Assembly: GCF_018977255.1 (NCBI RefSeq)
Contig: NW_024704742.1
Coordinates: forward strand, 56,112,001 to 56,176,000
DNA length: 64,000 nt
Source of the DNA: Callorhinchus milii
Taxonomy: Eukaryota
Direction: 5' to 3'
Every line of letters starts with the position of its first letter. Position 1 is the first letter of the stretch. The notes beneath the pieces are model-generated. The model was given only the letters and a program-made list of their open reading frames with translations. It had not been told where the DNA came from and did not search any database. Position numbers and translations under genes: made by a program. Positions 38,541 to 51,670 of the stretch are shown in pieces.

Positions 38541-40827
38541 CGAGTGACCATTAGACCACATGTGAAACAAATACGTTTCGAAAAGAGAAGGGAGCTTATC
38601 CTGGTGTCATGGCCAACAATCCCCCAAATAAAATTGGTCTTTCACTTCATAGCTTTTTCTGCATAAAATATCTGCTGCCTTCACTTACAAAAACACAATC
38701 ATTACACTTTACAGTAAATCCTGAGGCATCCTCTTGACTTGAAAGGCCCTGCATCAAATGCAAGGATTATTGCTGTTATTAGTTTCAAATTTTGGAGTTA
38801 GTTCTCAAAAGAAAAGAAATGGATTTTTGATCAAGGGCAAGGTATGTGACCAGGGTAGTGCCACACTGAGCTCTTAGCATTTTAACACTTGGAGGATTTT
38901 ATCTCAATATACAATTGTTCGCTAATATCTCAATTGTATTTCTGATAACTGCATTTTTGTAAATAAATGTTTCAAATTACTTGCCAACGCAACATATTCC
39001 TAACATGTTGTTTTTCCAAGAAAATATAATGAAAATAAAGTGTATTGACTTTCATTTAAAAGTAATTCAGTTACACTAATAAGTGAAATTGACATCCGTA
39101 TACTATGCAACCCAGAATATATATTCCCAAATGGATCACGGTACATTTAACATGTGTAATTCATGCTTTTTTAAAAAAAATTACACCATAATATATCTTT
39201 TTATTTCAAAATCACCAAACAAATGATTATATCATATTTCAAAGTCTTGTTGTTAAACAAATCAATAAAATTGCTCTTATTCTTTAAGTGTTTCAGTGGT
39301 GTTCACCTAATGTCAATGATATTGTTAAAGTGTTATTTTATAGGATAATTTGGGAGTTCATTTAGCTTTAAAAAATTCAAGTGTACACAAGCCATAGGGT
39401 TGCTTAACTGAAATCTGGACTCTAATGCTTGGCATACCCAGAATCAATTCGTACATACTGATGCTTGTAGGGTTAATTTGCACCCAATATTCCTCAATTC
39501 AAAATTCAGTTTATTTCACACATCAGCCTATCTCACATTTCCTATTCAGAAATATTCAGAAATATTGCAGATATGTACAGAAGAGAGGGTGAAAACGAGG
39601 AATAGCTACAGTTCTGTTTTGGTGGATTTTAAAGATTCCATGGTACTCTTTGAAAACAGAAGAGAGTTTCTCCTGATGTTTCTTCTGGCTACTAGAATTC
39701 AAATAAAATGTAATCATTCACTCCATGGCTGTTTGTGGCACATTGCTGTGCTCAAATTGATATATCAAATGCAAACAACAAACAAACAAAATTACATTTG
39801 TATAGCGCCTTTCACGTCGGGAGGATGTCCCAAATGCAAGGATTATTATTATTACACAAGATAGAAAATATTTAGTTTTCCATCTTGGCCTCCTTTAGTA
39901 ACAACGAATGTTTGTGCCAGAGAGAAATAAGAGCAAACACATTGGTGTAAATTCATATAAGGGTTACTCCTCTTGGCCCATTCATGTCTTTTCAGAGAAT
40001 TTGCACGTTGCTGTGTATAAATTTGCTGCTGAGTTCGCCTACCAAATCACAGACACTACACTTTTCAGTAAATACTGTAAAGCACTTTGAGCCGTCTTTC
40101 TGACAGAAATGTGCAATATCAAACGCAAGGTTTATTGTAATTCATGGCTTCACGATTTATTCTTTCAACTGTTTATCTCAACTTGAATAACTCAAAAGCA
40201 ACTCTAAGATGCATTTAAAAGACCATCTTACCATGGTATTTTCATTTCCAATAGTTGGCTCATAAACAAACATCTTCACGAAAGATTTTTGAATCATGTT
40301 TTGTGCAGAAACTTGCCTGGGGCAGGGAAGCTATGATGTAGGTGTGCTTTGAACTACAAAACTTGGGTTTGAAATCAACATGGCTTAAGCGATTAGAATA
40401 AACTATTATTTCTCCCAAAGGGAGCAGTGAAAAATGAAGCATTTGAGATTGACTTAACATACTCCTTCAAATAAAATGTGGAGAACAACAAGGTTTGGAT
40501 TGAATAGAAAGGTCATACGTTTTGGTGTACACAGATTGAGAGAATTAAATGATGTACAGGATCCAGACACTGAGGTTAATTCTACCTTAGTTACAATAAC
40601 TAGGTTATGTCCACCTAGATTTATGCCCACTTTATTCGAAGGGACATAAACCTTAGACTTTGCAATGCTTCTCTTCTAACCTGGTTGACGTGAGTCCCTA
40701 TTTCAAAGGTGACTCAACCAAGTCAGAGTCACACACAGACAGGTATTCCCAGTTAACCTCAATACCTGGTAACTGTAATGTTTAATTGAAGTCTGCTCAC
40801 ATTAGTAGACCTACAACTACCCTCTGA

Positions 40828-41600
40828 ACATAACATAACATAACATAACATAACATAACATAACATAACATGTAGGAGCAGGAGTAGGCCATTCGGCCCT
40901 TCGGGCGTGCCCCGCCATTCAATTATGGCTGATCTTCTAATCTAACTCCAGCTAATACCATAACCCTGCCTTATCCTCATATTCCTTAATCCCTTTTGCA
41001 ATAAGAAATCTATCCATCTCAGTCTTGAATATGTTCAAGGACTGAGTGTCAACAGCCCTTTCGGGTAGCGAGTTCCATGCATTCACCACCCTTTGAGTGA
41101 AGAAGTTCTTCCTCAACTCAATGTGAAAGGGCTGGACTCTGATTTTAAGGTTGTGACCCGTGGTTTTAGTTTCTCCAACCAGGGGAAACAATAATAATAA
41201 TAATAATAATCCTTGCATTTGGTATAGCGCTTTTCACGTCGGGAGGACGTCCCAAAGCGCTTCACAGAACACACTGTAAAGTGAATTGACTGTATATTTG
41301 TGGGCGAACGCGGCAGCCAATTGCGCACAGCAATGTCCCACAAACAGTCGTAGATTGAAAATGACCAATTTAATTATTGTTTTTTTTTTTTGGAGGGATT
41401 ATTATTAGGCGTGTGGAGTAAGGAAACTTGCCCAAGGTTTCGCCCTCTGCCTGGAATTGAACTCAGGTCTCTCACTTGCAAAGCGAGTGCTCTAACCACT
41501 GAGCTACAGGACTCCACAATCTCCCACTATCTACTCTGTCATGCCCTTTGATGATCTTATAGGTTTATAGGTCTTATAGGTTTCTATATTGCTCTGAGTT
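40828..41600 (-). mobile_element. CR1 3' fragment with expanded (TAACA)n tail, interrupted by a SINE
   Basis: Peptide GHNLKIR...RKNFFTQRVVNAWNSLP. Pentamer microsatellite at 40828-40871. Confidence 0.88.
41190..41517 (-). mobile_element. Full-length young tRNA-derived SINE inserted into a CR1 3' end
   Basis: CpG-rich, nearly identical to the 61974 copy. The host CR1 sequence ggggaaacaat|ctcccactatctac is split by it, with acaat on both sides. Confidence 0.92.
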
Positions 41601-43249
41601 GACTCCAAAGGATCCTGACAGTGTTGTGATTAGGTGCCACTTTGATGAAACTTTGGCCAGAAGCATGGATTGCCCCTGCACTTCCATTTGCTATGCAGAT
41701 TCCTACCAATACAAGCTGTGCAGATCTTGCTTGGAGCAAGCTCTACTAGGCTGTACCAAAGCCGTGAGAATTCCCAGAAAATCTGGGTGGTGGTGAAGGA
41801 TGCCCATTGCTGTGTCGAGAGGATGTCCCAATGTGGTGGACTTTCAAGGGTTTGCACGCAAGCTGGCGGTTGGAATCAAGAGGGGTGGAGGGCAAGAGGG
41901 TGAGGGAATGACTGAAGGTATGGTCAAAGTGGAAGGTATTGAGATGGATCTTGAAGGAGGCGAGGGAAAGAGAGAAAGGCTAAAGGCCTAACCACCAGTG
42001 GAGGGGCGGGAAGGGTGGTGAACATGGAGCAGACCAGTGCCTGCTGAGTGGAGGGAGCAAAATTGCCATTTACAACTCTAAACCTATGTCCTCTTGTTTT
42101 GTTGTTTGGTGCATCCTAAACTATTGTTCTGAGTTTACTTTTTCAATCCGATTTAAAACCTTACACACCTCATCCCCTCTGAGCTGTCTTTTCTCCAGAC
42201 TGCAAAGCCTGACCATGTGTGAACATTGGTCATTGCTGACAGCCTATGTTTCTGGATAAAGCTGCATTCAGCTGCTGTAAATCTATATGGCCTAAAATCT
42301 GGTTTCAAGCAGGGAAACAAAGATGCAACAATTGAAAATTGCCACTGCTATATTTGCTGTGAGCCATTCAGCCTGTTTTATAGATTTATGCATTCACCTC
42401 TATGTAATGCTGGCTAGGTAATCAGATAAGGGTGAATACATGCCTTTAAGTACACTTCCAATTCTTACACCATATAAAAACAGAACTGTGCACCAATAAC
42501 TAAAATAAATTATTTACACTGTGTTTTAAAATACTTAATACAAACATGTTTAACATTTGGGATTATTTATTCTTAAAGTTACGGAGAATAATCTTGTTAA
42601 CCACTAGCATTGACAATCTAATCAGTTTATTTTGCTCCCAGCAGTGGTACACATTTCTATTTGAAATATTCTTAAACAAGCAAGTTTAGGCTCTGGACTG
42701 CAAGCCTATCCTTGTATATAATTAAGAACAATTCCTGCCAAAAGAACAATAATTGGACAGTACCAAAGCAGTTAAGCCAATTCACCCCTGCACATTCACA
42801 TCTCCTGCAGCTATTATCAATGCCCTTGCTTGCCTGCTTCTCCAGGCAAGCAACGGCATTTTTTTCTGATGGATGCATTTTAAATTGAACTAATTTCACT
42901 GCACTATTTATGTATTTCAAATGCTGTATTACCAAAATATTTTTCCATATAATTACTTCTATCCCATTGTAATGCATAGGTGACAACTTGGCTCAATTAT
43001 CAGCAATCTCACCTCTGAGTCAGAAGATAATGTATTGAAGTCCCAGATTGGGACTTTGAACTCATAGTTCAGACTGATCATGCATTGCAGTGATTGGGGA
43101 GGCACTGCATTGTCAGAGGTGCTGTCCTTTGGATGAGATGTTAAATGGAGGTCCCATCTATCTGTTCAGGTGGATGTTCAAAGTTATTGCACTAGAGGTT
43201 GACAGGTAGTTTTCTGGTGATGCAACGTGCACCCCCACCAGGGTCTGTA

Positions 43250-43692
43250 AACCTATCACCCCCATCCTTGCCCGGATCCACTGGCTCTCCATTCCCCACA
43301 TGATAGAGTTCCTTGTGGTTACTTTCAAAGCCCTCCATGGCCTTACTCCTCCCTACCTCTGTGACCTGTTAACTCCATACAGAGCTGTCTGCTCCCACTG
43401 CTCAGTGGACTCTGGCATGCTCCATGTCCCCCATCAGCGTGGGCCTTTAACCTTTCTTTATCCACCCTTTGGAACACCATCCCACAGTGCCTTCACCTCA
43501 CCCCCTCTTTGGCCTCCTTCAAGACACGTCTCAAGACCGTGTCTTCATCACCCTCCTGCCCCCACACTCCCTGGCCTGCAAACCTCCAGATCCCAACCTC
43601 CAGCTCAGTTGCACATCCTTGACTGTCCAGCACCTTGAGATGTCCTCCCGACACGAAAGGCGATATACAAATGTAATTTGTTGTTGCTGTTG
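43250..43692 (+). mobile_element. L2 3' fragment
   Basis: FKALHGLTPPYLCDLL. Tail gaaaggcgatatacaaatgtaatttgttgttg. Confidence 0.82.
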
Positions 43693-45033
43693 ACCAAAGG
43701 AAATGTTGCCTGCAAGGAATCTGAAGGTGACAGGATACCCCAAATTCCATTTCAATACTTTTTCTGGTCAGCAGGATCACTCTGTGCTCAAGCCTTGGTA
43801 ACTTCGTCCCCTTGCATGGTAATTATGGCATGTGACCTTGTAAAGCTTGTGACCTTGTAGAGGGGGCCCCTTGCATGTTGGATGGTAACTGAACTGATTC
43901 CCACTCGCTGTTTCTAGGGAAGATGTATGCCTCCACCGGATTAAATAATGCTACTGAACCAATGCTCAAAATCCCCAAACTGACATTAATTTTCTACATT
44001 TCAATAACATAATTTCACACTGTCATCTCTTAAAGCATTATCCACCCCCCAAAAAAAAGTATTTTTCATTTCATATCTGTCAAGGCAGCAGGACAAGATG
44101 TCGTTCCCAAAATTCAGTGTTGTGAGAACGATTTTAGAGCTGACACCGGGGATTATCCCTTTATGCAGAGAGTGATGAACAGCTGAAATGTGTTACCAGA
44201 AAAATGGTTCAGGTCAGCAAACCGTGAACTTATTTGTGAAATAGCTTGATGCTGCAATGGGAAAATGGTAGGGTAAGTATTCCAGAAGGGAAAGATCAAG
44301 TGGGCTAAACAGCTTTCTTCACCTAAAGCTCTCTTATGATATTGGTATCTTATAATCTTATGATATCTCTGGTGAAGTTGTTGAACTGTTCTTATTTCAT
44401 GTTAATACTCATATTTGAGAGTCACATACATTCTGTTGATGGAACACTTCCCTTAAGGCAACAATGTTTTCATCTCTGATCCTTAGAGTGGTGCTCTCAG
44501 TTAGAGTATTGTATGCAGTTTCGGACCTTGTCTAAGAGGGAAGACGTAAAAGCAAGAAAAAAATGCAGCATGGATTCATTAGGATTTCACCAGCGATACA
44601 GGATTTCAGTTATCACGATAGGCTTGAGAAGTCAGGACCTCGTATTTATTTGTTGGATTCTTTTCCAGGAAGCTCACTCTCAGCAAGACGTTAAATAAAT
44701 ACTAAATGAAGCATCACAACAACAAAAGGATAATTTTATCTTATCGACAAACCGCAGCCAAACCGTTATTGTTTGTTGATAGGATAACTTTGGTGGTTGA
44801 TTGTTAAGCCATTCCTTGTCATCGTTTTTTGGGGAGGGTTTAAGATTCTGAAAGGTTACAATAATAAATTTCAATAAATTCCTGTCCACTGGTTAATGTA
44901 GTAATAATTAGAGGATACAAAACCACAAGAATAATTGAAAGTGAGGAGGAGGTCGAACAATGTCTTTGTGAAGAGGATGTTGAGAATGTAGAATTCTCTG
45001 ACACAAGTGACTCTTGAGGCAGAATCTACAGAT

Positions 45034-45495
45034 ATAGAATCATAGAATCGTAGAATCGTACAGCACAAAAAGAGGCCATTCGGCCCATCGAGTCTGTGCC
45101 AGCTCTTTGAATAGAGCAATTAATGTCTATCCCACTCCCCAGCCCTTTCCCCATAACCCTGCAAACCCGTCCTCCTCAAATACCCGTCCACCGCGTTTTT
45201 AAAAGTAGTTATCGAATCGGCCTCGACCACCCTTTCAGGCAATGCATTCCAGCCTCGAACAACTCGCTGCGTGAAAAGATTTCTTCTCACCTCCCCTCTG
45301 CTTGTTTTAGAGACTATTTTAAATCTGTGACCTTGAGTCACCGATACACCCACCAGTGGAAACAGTTTTTCCCTTTCTAACCTATCAAATCCCTCATGAT
45401 TTTGAAGACCTCTATTAGGTCTCCTCATAACCTTCTCTGCTCCAATGAGAATAATCCCAGCCTCTCTAGCCTTTCCTCATAATCAAGGTCCCTCA
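45034..45495 (-). mobile_element. CR1 3' fragment, CpG-rich and relatively young
   Basis: GHRFKIVSK...RRNLFTQRVVRGWNALP. gatgggccgaatggcct followed by a (tacgattc)n-like tail. Confidence 0.9.
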
Positions 45496-46678
45496 TATAT
45501 TTAGAAAGGAAATAATAATAATATCAACAAAGGAAAATGGAAGAAGTCTCAAAAAGAAGGAACATTAAAGGGTAAGGAGAGCAAGCAGGAGAATGGGATC
45601 AGATTGTCGTGTGTGAGAAAAAAACACTGGGGCAGGCTTTAATGTCCTATTTTTATGCTGAATGGATTTCATGGGACTGCTTGTCGGTAGATTTTAGTAT
45701 AGCATCATACACAGCATGAACCAACTGAATCATCACAACTGCCTATTCATAAAGGTTAGTTTAGGTTGCTCCTCTATTGAATTTATTTTGCTTCATTTAC
45801 TCAGTGTGGTGCCACATTCCCTTTTAATGGTGGGGTAAAAGTTACTATGTTTCCTAGCTCATTCCTTTGACAAGGAATGGCTTAACAACCACCCACCAAT
45901 GTTATCCCTATCAACAAACAATAAAGGTTTGGCTGCGGTTTGTCAACAGGATAGAATAATCCTTTTGCTTTGTGATTCTTCATTTAACTTCTTGCTGGGA
46001 GTGGGCTTCCTACAAAAGAATCTGACAAATAAATACGAGGCCCAAAGTAAACATTGAAGTAGGAATCAGTAAATCAGTCAACAAAGGAACAATTCAACCC
46101 AAAGATCAGAATGGTTGAAGGAGAAGCAAAGATACTCTATTATATTAGGAGTATTATTATATTATTATTATATTTTGCAAATACTCTATTATATTAGGAG
46201 CTGGATTTCTGTCCAGCACAGCAATATTTGCTTCAGAACACTTGCCAGATGTGTTCACTTTATGAATAAATAAGTTAAATTAAAAAAAAGTTGAGCGCTC
46301 TTTTTAGAGAAGTCAATAGATTTTTGGCAGTAAAGCAAAGCATTGATTTTTTCTTTAGTTTCTGTTAATTATTATGTGATAGCTAATGCAACACATTTTT
46401 GTTAAGTCTTCTTTATTAATAGAGAAATCTTTGGAAAAAATATTATTTTCTGTGATAAACCATAATCTTGTTTGGGTCCCAGTTGTATTGTAATACAAGA
46501 AACAAAGATTAAAAATGTATGAAATCAGCATAAATTCTTCTTGAAGTGACCTGTGAATACAAATCTTTTTCTCTCTTTCTTGATATTGAGTGTTCAACAA
46601 GTTAAATCTGCATCTTGAAGACGTGAAAAGCGCTATATCAAATGCAAGGATTATTATATATTTATTACTTTCAGAATA

Positions 46679-46856
46679 CGGTAAACTCCTGATAACTTGA
46701 CCCTGGCTTATCTTGTTATTACCACTTAAGTCATCATGCTGCCAATATTCCGGCTGCACTTATTTGTATACATATAAATATGCCTAACTCCCCACTCTGG
46801 ATAATTTGTCACTGAGCCCTTTTCCCTCGGAGTGACAAATTATCAAGAGTATACTG
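46679..46856. mobile_element. Tc1/mariner-pogo-type MITE (~178 bp) with TA target-site duplication
   Basis: TA|cggtaaactcctgataa ... ttatcaagagtatactg|TA. Imperfect terminal inverted repeats, plus an internal 19/20-bp inverted repeat (46794-46813 vs 46831-46850). Confidence 0.7.
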
Positions 46857-47489
46857 TAGATCAACTTGCATTTTGTGGTTTAATGTGAATTGACTAGTCT
46901 CTAGTCTTTATACACAGATAATGTAGCAGATGCAAAGGGACAAATATGTTTCATCATATGATCTCTAATGAAACCCATACACCATTGTATTGCAATTAGG
47001 AACGACAGCTACGTGAGTATTGTTGTACTTGTGTTTTAGGGGCTATATATCAAGAGCCATATATCTTTACAGATAGCCTGAGATGGGACTTATGGAAGCT
47101 TTTCCCTTACCACTGGCAACTATGAAAGAAAAGTTGAGCGTGGAGATGTGTTGAAAATGCATTATTATTTACCTGTGGTTAACTGGAAGTAAGTCACACT
47201 AACCCAGCAGATCTGACTCAACCTATTTTTAGTGTTTCTCGGGATCCAAAACTGTAAAGCGCTCTGAGACTCCATCCGGCGTGGAGAGCTCTATATAAAT
47301 CCAATAGACAGAGCTGCATCCTTGTGAGAGAAAACGGAACAAAGACCTTCTGTATTTGTTTGCTAAATCCAGAGACTGAAATGTGAAAACATTCCCAAGT
47401 CCCTGAAGGTGCTACTCTATTAGTTAATACATATGTATTGAGACATTTACAAACATCTTGAGCTTTCAATTCAGTATAAAGTATTGTCA

Positions 47490-48130
47490 GACATTGTTAA
47501 ACTCAACTGGCTCCAAGGTGACATGCCCAATAATGGAATGCCGAAATTGAGCCAGCCATCTGTGGCAGTCTAGGTAGTCTGGTTCCAGACTGAGCAATGT
47601 GGGTCCGTAGTATTCCAGGGAACTGATGATAGCATAGCCAGCCTGGCTCATCGGCAGGAACTGGAAGGGCAGACCAGTCACTGGGGGCAGGGAGTCTTCC
47701 CACTCAGTTCCTGTCAACCCTTCAAACCAAAGCCCTAATGGATAGGGAGGTCCTAGCTGGACAAGTAGTGGTAAATCTTGCCGAGGAGCAATATCAATTG
47801 TAAGCTATGTGGTTAAATTGGTTAGACTCCAGCAGTATCCCAATGCACACTCTGGGGACCCAAGCCTTGGCTCTTGCCAACCTCCGCATAGTACTTGCCA
47901 GAATTAGATAAGTTGGATGTGCCCTTGAGGGAGAGAGTGTGCATTCCATTCCAACAATTTATCTCTGGGATTTCCATGTGTACGTTGGATGCATGGATAT
48001 CTCAGCTGGGTTTGGATACTCTTAAGCATGGTGATGGGACGTTACCCTGCGTGAGGGGCGCTATATAAACGCAAGTTGTTGTTGATAGGTTTCCGCATGT
48101 GTCAGACACTCAGCTAACCAAACAAAAATC
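47490..48130 (+). repeat. Unclassified ~600-bp interspersed repeat (longest copy)
   Basis: Shares blocks (ccaagccttggctcttgc, gagagagtgtgcattccattcc, gatactcttaagcatggt, gcatgtgtcagacactcagct) with 15030-15345 (-), 26030-26460 (-), 33635-34098, 35705-35770 and 52300-52630. Confidence 0.7.
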
Positions 48131-48154
48131 AATCAATAATGCAATGACAAGACA

Positions 48155-48642
48155 AGCTAGGGCTCTTCAGTCTTGAGCGAAGATAACTCAGAGGGGACCT
48201 CATAGAGATGCATAAAATTATAAATGGGATTGAAAAAGTAAACATAATTACTCCATTAAGACGTATCATTACAGTAAAACAAGAGAATGTAGGTTTAGAG
48301 TTGTAAAGGGCAATTTCAGGACAAATACCAGGAAGATTTTCTTTATGCAGAGGGCAATCAACTATTGACGAAAGGTCATCGACCAGAAACGTTAACTCAT
48401 TGATGCTGCCTGACCAGCTGAGTGTTCCCAGTGACTTCTGTTTTTATTTCAGATCTCCAGCATCTGCAGTGTTTTGCCTTTTTTTCCTATTGACTATTGA
48501 AACAGGTTGTCAGAAAAGGAAGTAGAGGTGAGGAAATTAGACTCATTTAAAAAGCAGCTTGATGCAGTGATAAGAGCAGGGTGTTCTGGTGGGATGAGAT
48601 TGAATGGCCCAAAGTGCTTCTTCACCCAGGGATCTTGTGATA
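48155..48642 (+). mobile_element. Old CR1 3' fragment hosting a Penelope-like insert
   Basis: ctagggctcttcagtctt...ctcagaggggacctcatagag...ttctttatgcagagggcaatcaa; CR1 sequence resumes after about 48495. Confidence 0.75.
48366..48485 (+). mobile_element. Short Penelope-like repeat remnant with a hammerhead-like core
   Basis: tgacga-aa-ggtc-atc-gacc-a-gaaacgtt...gatgctgcctgacc...gctgag...tttatttcagat...ccagcatctgcagt. Resembles, from memory, a common chondrichthyan Penelope-associated repeat. Confidence 0.65.
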
Positions 48643-49127
48643 AAGCAGCTGGTGGAAATACATAACGTGGGTATTATGGGATGTCGATTGGGACATTTAG
48701 TTTCTATGTCTCAATTCAGTAATGTCAAGGATTTCTTGGCTTCATTGCAAGATCAAAATATAATTTATGTGTCAAAACATGATTGTCTGTTGCTAACAAT
48801 CCTCCCTTAACTCTCTTTAGCTCCTTCCCCCCTCTCAGGTGCTAAGCCATCTGTGTAAAGCACTTTGGGACATCCTCCCATCATGAAAAACCCCATCTAA
48901 ATGTAAATTTAATTGTGAGAAATCTTAAGAAAAAATCCTTCCCTCTAAGTCAATGGGGTGTTCAGTCCCAATTTCCAGTTGATTACCCATTCTTTAAACA
49001 CCACCTGCAAAAATTGAAGAATGCTTTAAGAATATAACAGTTTTTAACTTCTTTATGCAATAATGCTCAAGGATTGTTGGCAATCTCTGATAGTTTAGGT
49101 ATTGCAGGGGAATGCAAACCGATATTC

Positions 49128-49810
49128 AACAACAACAACTTGCATTTATATAGTGCCCTTCACGTGGAGTGGAGTCTGACCCCAAGCCAGGGTGAGAGGG
49201 ATGGGGGAGGTGACCCATTTGATTGTGCGAAAAGGAAGATCTATAGGCAGCATTTGAAAGTGGTGAGGGAGGGAACAAGGCGAAGGGATTGAGGGAGGGA
49301 ATTTCAGAGTTTCGGGGCATAGTGGCTGAAGGCACGGCCACCGATGGTGAAGCAGAGGGGACAACGAATAAACAGAAGGCCGGAGCCAGCCTAGTGGAGG
49401 CAGTGGGTGGGGGAGTCGGGGTTAAGTAAATCGGGTAGGTAGGGAGGTGCGAGGGCATGAAGGGATTTGAAAACGAATGAGAGGATCTTGAGGTTGATCT
49501 GTTCGGTAATTGGGAGCCAGTGGAGCCTGGCAAAGACTGATGTGATACGGGTTCGGAGTTTTGTGTGGGTTAGTATCTAGGTGGTGGAGTTCTGAATTAA
49601 TTGTATTTTATGTATGGTGGAACTGGGGAGACCAGCAGGGAGGGTATTTAAAAAGTCCAGCTGGGAAGTGATGAAGGTGCGGACGTGGGTTTCGGCTGCT
49701 GTGGGTCTGAGGTATGGACGAAGGTAGACAATGTGGCGGAGGAGGAAAAAGCAGTCCTAGTCAAAGGAAAGCTGTGGATCGAACTAATAGTATTCCTTTG
49801 GTGAAGACCA
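49128..49810 (-). mobile_element. L2 3' fragment, decayed
   Basis: Tail aacaacaacaacttgcatttatatagtgcc and body similar to 4124-4830. Confidence 0.8.
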
Positions 49811-50732
49811 TCGGTCCTCTTTATAATTGATAATAATCCTTGCATTTGATAAAGTGCCTTATCATGAGGTAGATACGTCTCAAAGCACTTCACAGGATAT
49901 ACTGTAAAGTGGTTTGACTGTATTTTGTGGGCGAAATGCGGCAGTCAATTTGTGCATAACAATGTCCCACAATGAACCATGGAGTGAGTGACCAACATAT
50001 GGACCAATATATGGGGGATTTTTGGCCAAGTCACTGGGAGAAAGTCAGATCTCTTTTCGAATAATCCCATGAAATCTTTAACGTCCACCTGAACAGGCGG
50101 ATGGAACTTCGGTTTTAACTTCTCATCTGAAGGACAGCATCTTCGACAATGCAGCAACTTCACTTATATTAATTGAGGACAAGCAAAATTGAGAGCAGTG
50201 TTGAACTTAAATTTCTAACCAGGGTTCAGGGGAATGAATAATATATCTTAGGATAACCTGCAATTTAATGATCTTTCCTTTCTTATTTCCTTTTCAAATG
50301 CTTTGTACAAACATTGACAAATTACTCTATAAGCTCACTCTTTCAGGCTAAAAGGCTTTTTGAAAATAAATTAATGTTATAATATGTGAGTTATGTTCAG
50401 AAGTACGCACAGAAGACTTAAAGATCATTTTTAAGGAACTTGTCCACCATGCATATCACTCAAAGCTCTGAAGGGGATATACATCTACCTACAGCAGACA
50501 TAGTTTACTGGGAAAGCAAGTAGTGATTAGTGGTGATTGTATTTTTGTAGGTGACAAATTTTATAGTTGTCCCTCAGAGGGAGGGATCATTTCATCATTA
50601 AAATCACCACAGCACATTGTTTTATGACCGAAACTACCTTAACTTCCTTATTAAATGAAACTTCACAAACCAACACTAAAGGCCCAGTGGGAGTGAGTGG
50701 AGAAAAATAATATTCAATAAATGAAGATATAA

Positions 50733-50922
50733 AGGGAGAAATTCCATCTGGAACTTGATTTACATTATTTCAAAGCACCCAAAATTTGGGAAATTCTAAT
50801 TTTGAAGCCAGTTCTCTTTAAGTTCTTTTACAAACAACAGAAAACCGAATTCTACAATTTCCCGAATTCTGGACATTTTGAAATGCCACGTAGAGTAATT
50901 GTAAACCCAGGTGAAATCTCCC
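50733..50922. repeat. Imperfect palindromic MITE-like element (family member)
   Basis: Starts gggagaaattccatctgg and ends ccaggtgaaatctccc. Related copies at 11679-11912, 6743-6812, 35050-35155 and 61512-62380 (split). Confidence 0.6.
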
Positions 50923-51670
50923 GCCCGCCTTCCCCACCTCCAACCATGACAAAATGATAACAAGAATAGCACATCCAGGAATTGCTCAGATGCCTTTTAC
51001 TTAACATGTGATTTATTTGAAGAGGCAAAAACATTGCAAATTATAAAAGAAAATATTATTTGAAAAAAACATTTAATAATAATACTAATCCTGCATTTGA
51101 TATAGCGCCGTATCACGTCTTCGAGACATCACAAAGCACTTCACAGAATATACTTTCAAGTGAATTGATTGTATATTTTGTTGCAGCTAATTGCCCACAG
51201 CAGTGTACCATAAATAGTTGTGGATTGAGTGACCAAATTATTTATTAGGAATTCAGAATGAGAAAAGGGGATTAAAAATTACTGCACAGAATCAGCTAGA
51301 AAACCAAAAAAAACAATAGTTGAGAATTGACAACAGGAAGATGGTAATAGCAACATTTATTATAAATATAAAACTATCACATATCTAAAAGCTGCTTTGC
51401 AATTTCTAACGAGATCCCTTAATAAACCAGAAATAAATCGCTTTGAATACTGGAACTCAGCTCCAAAAAAAATCTACTTTCCGAGCAAAATTCACACAGG
51501 TTGGCATGATGTGCTACCTTTGTGCCACGTTTAAAGAAAATGGCACAAGGGAAGAAGCTTACCCTTTACCCATCACAGCCATCCAGTTACTGGCTCATCT
51601 CCCACCTCCCTTTTCTGTCTAAGGTTCTTGAGAGAGCTGTTGCCTCCCAGCTTTGCTCTTTCCTCTTTCG

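Noticed and set aside
40828..40871. (TAACA)n array as a CRISPR-like or telomeric repeat
   Set aside because: It is a simple pentamer expansion of a CR1 3' tail, with no spacers.
47621..47680. CTGATGA in the ~600-bp family (also on the minus strand near 26420) as a hammerhead
   Set aside because: No stem II followed by GAAA is found at a suitable distance in either copy.
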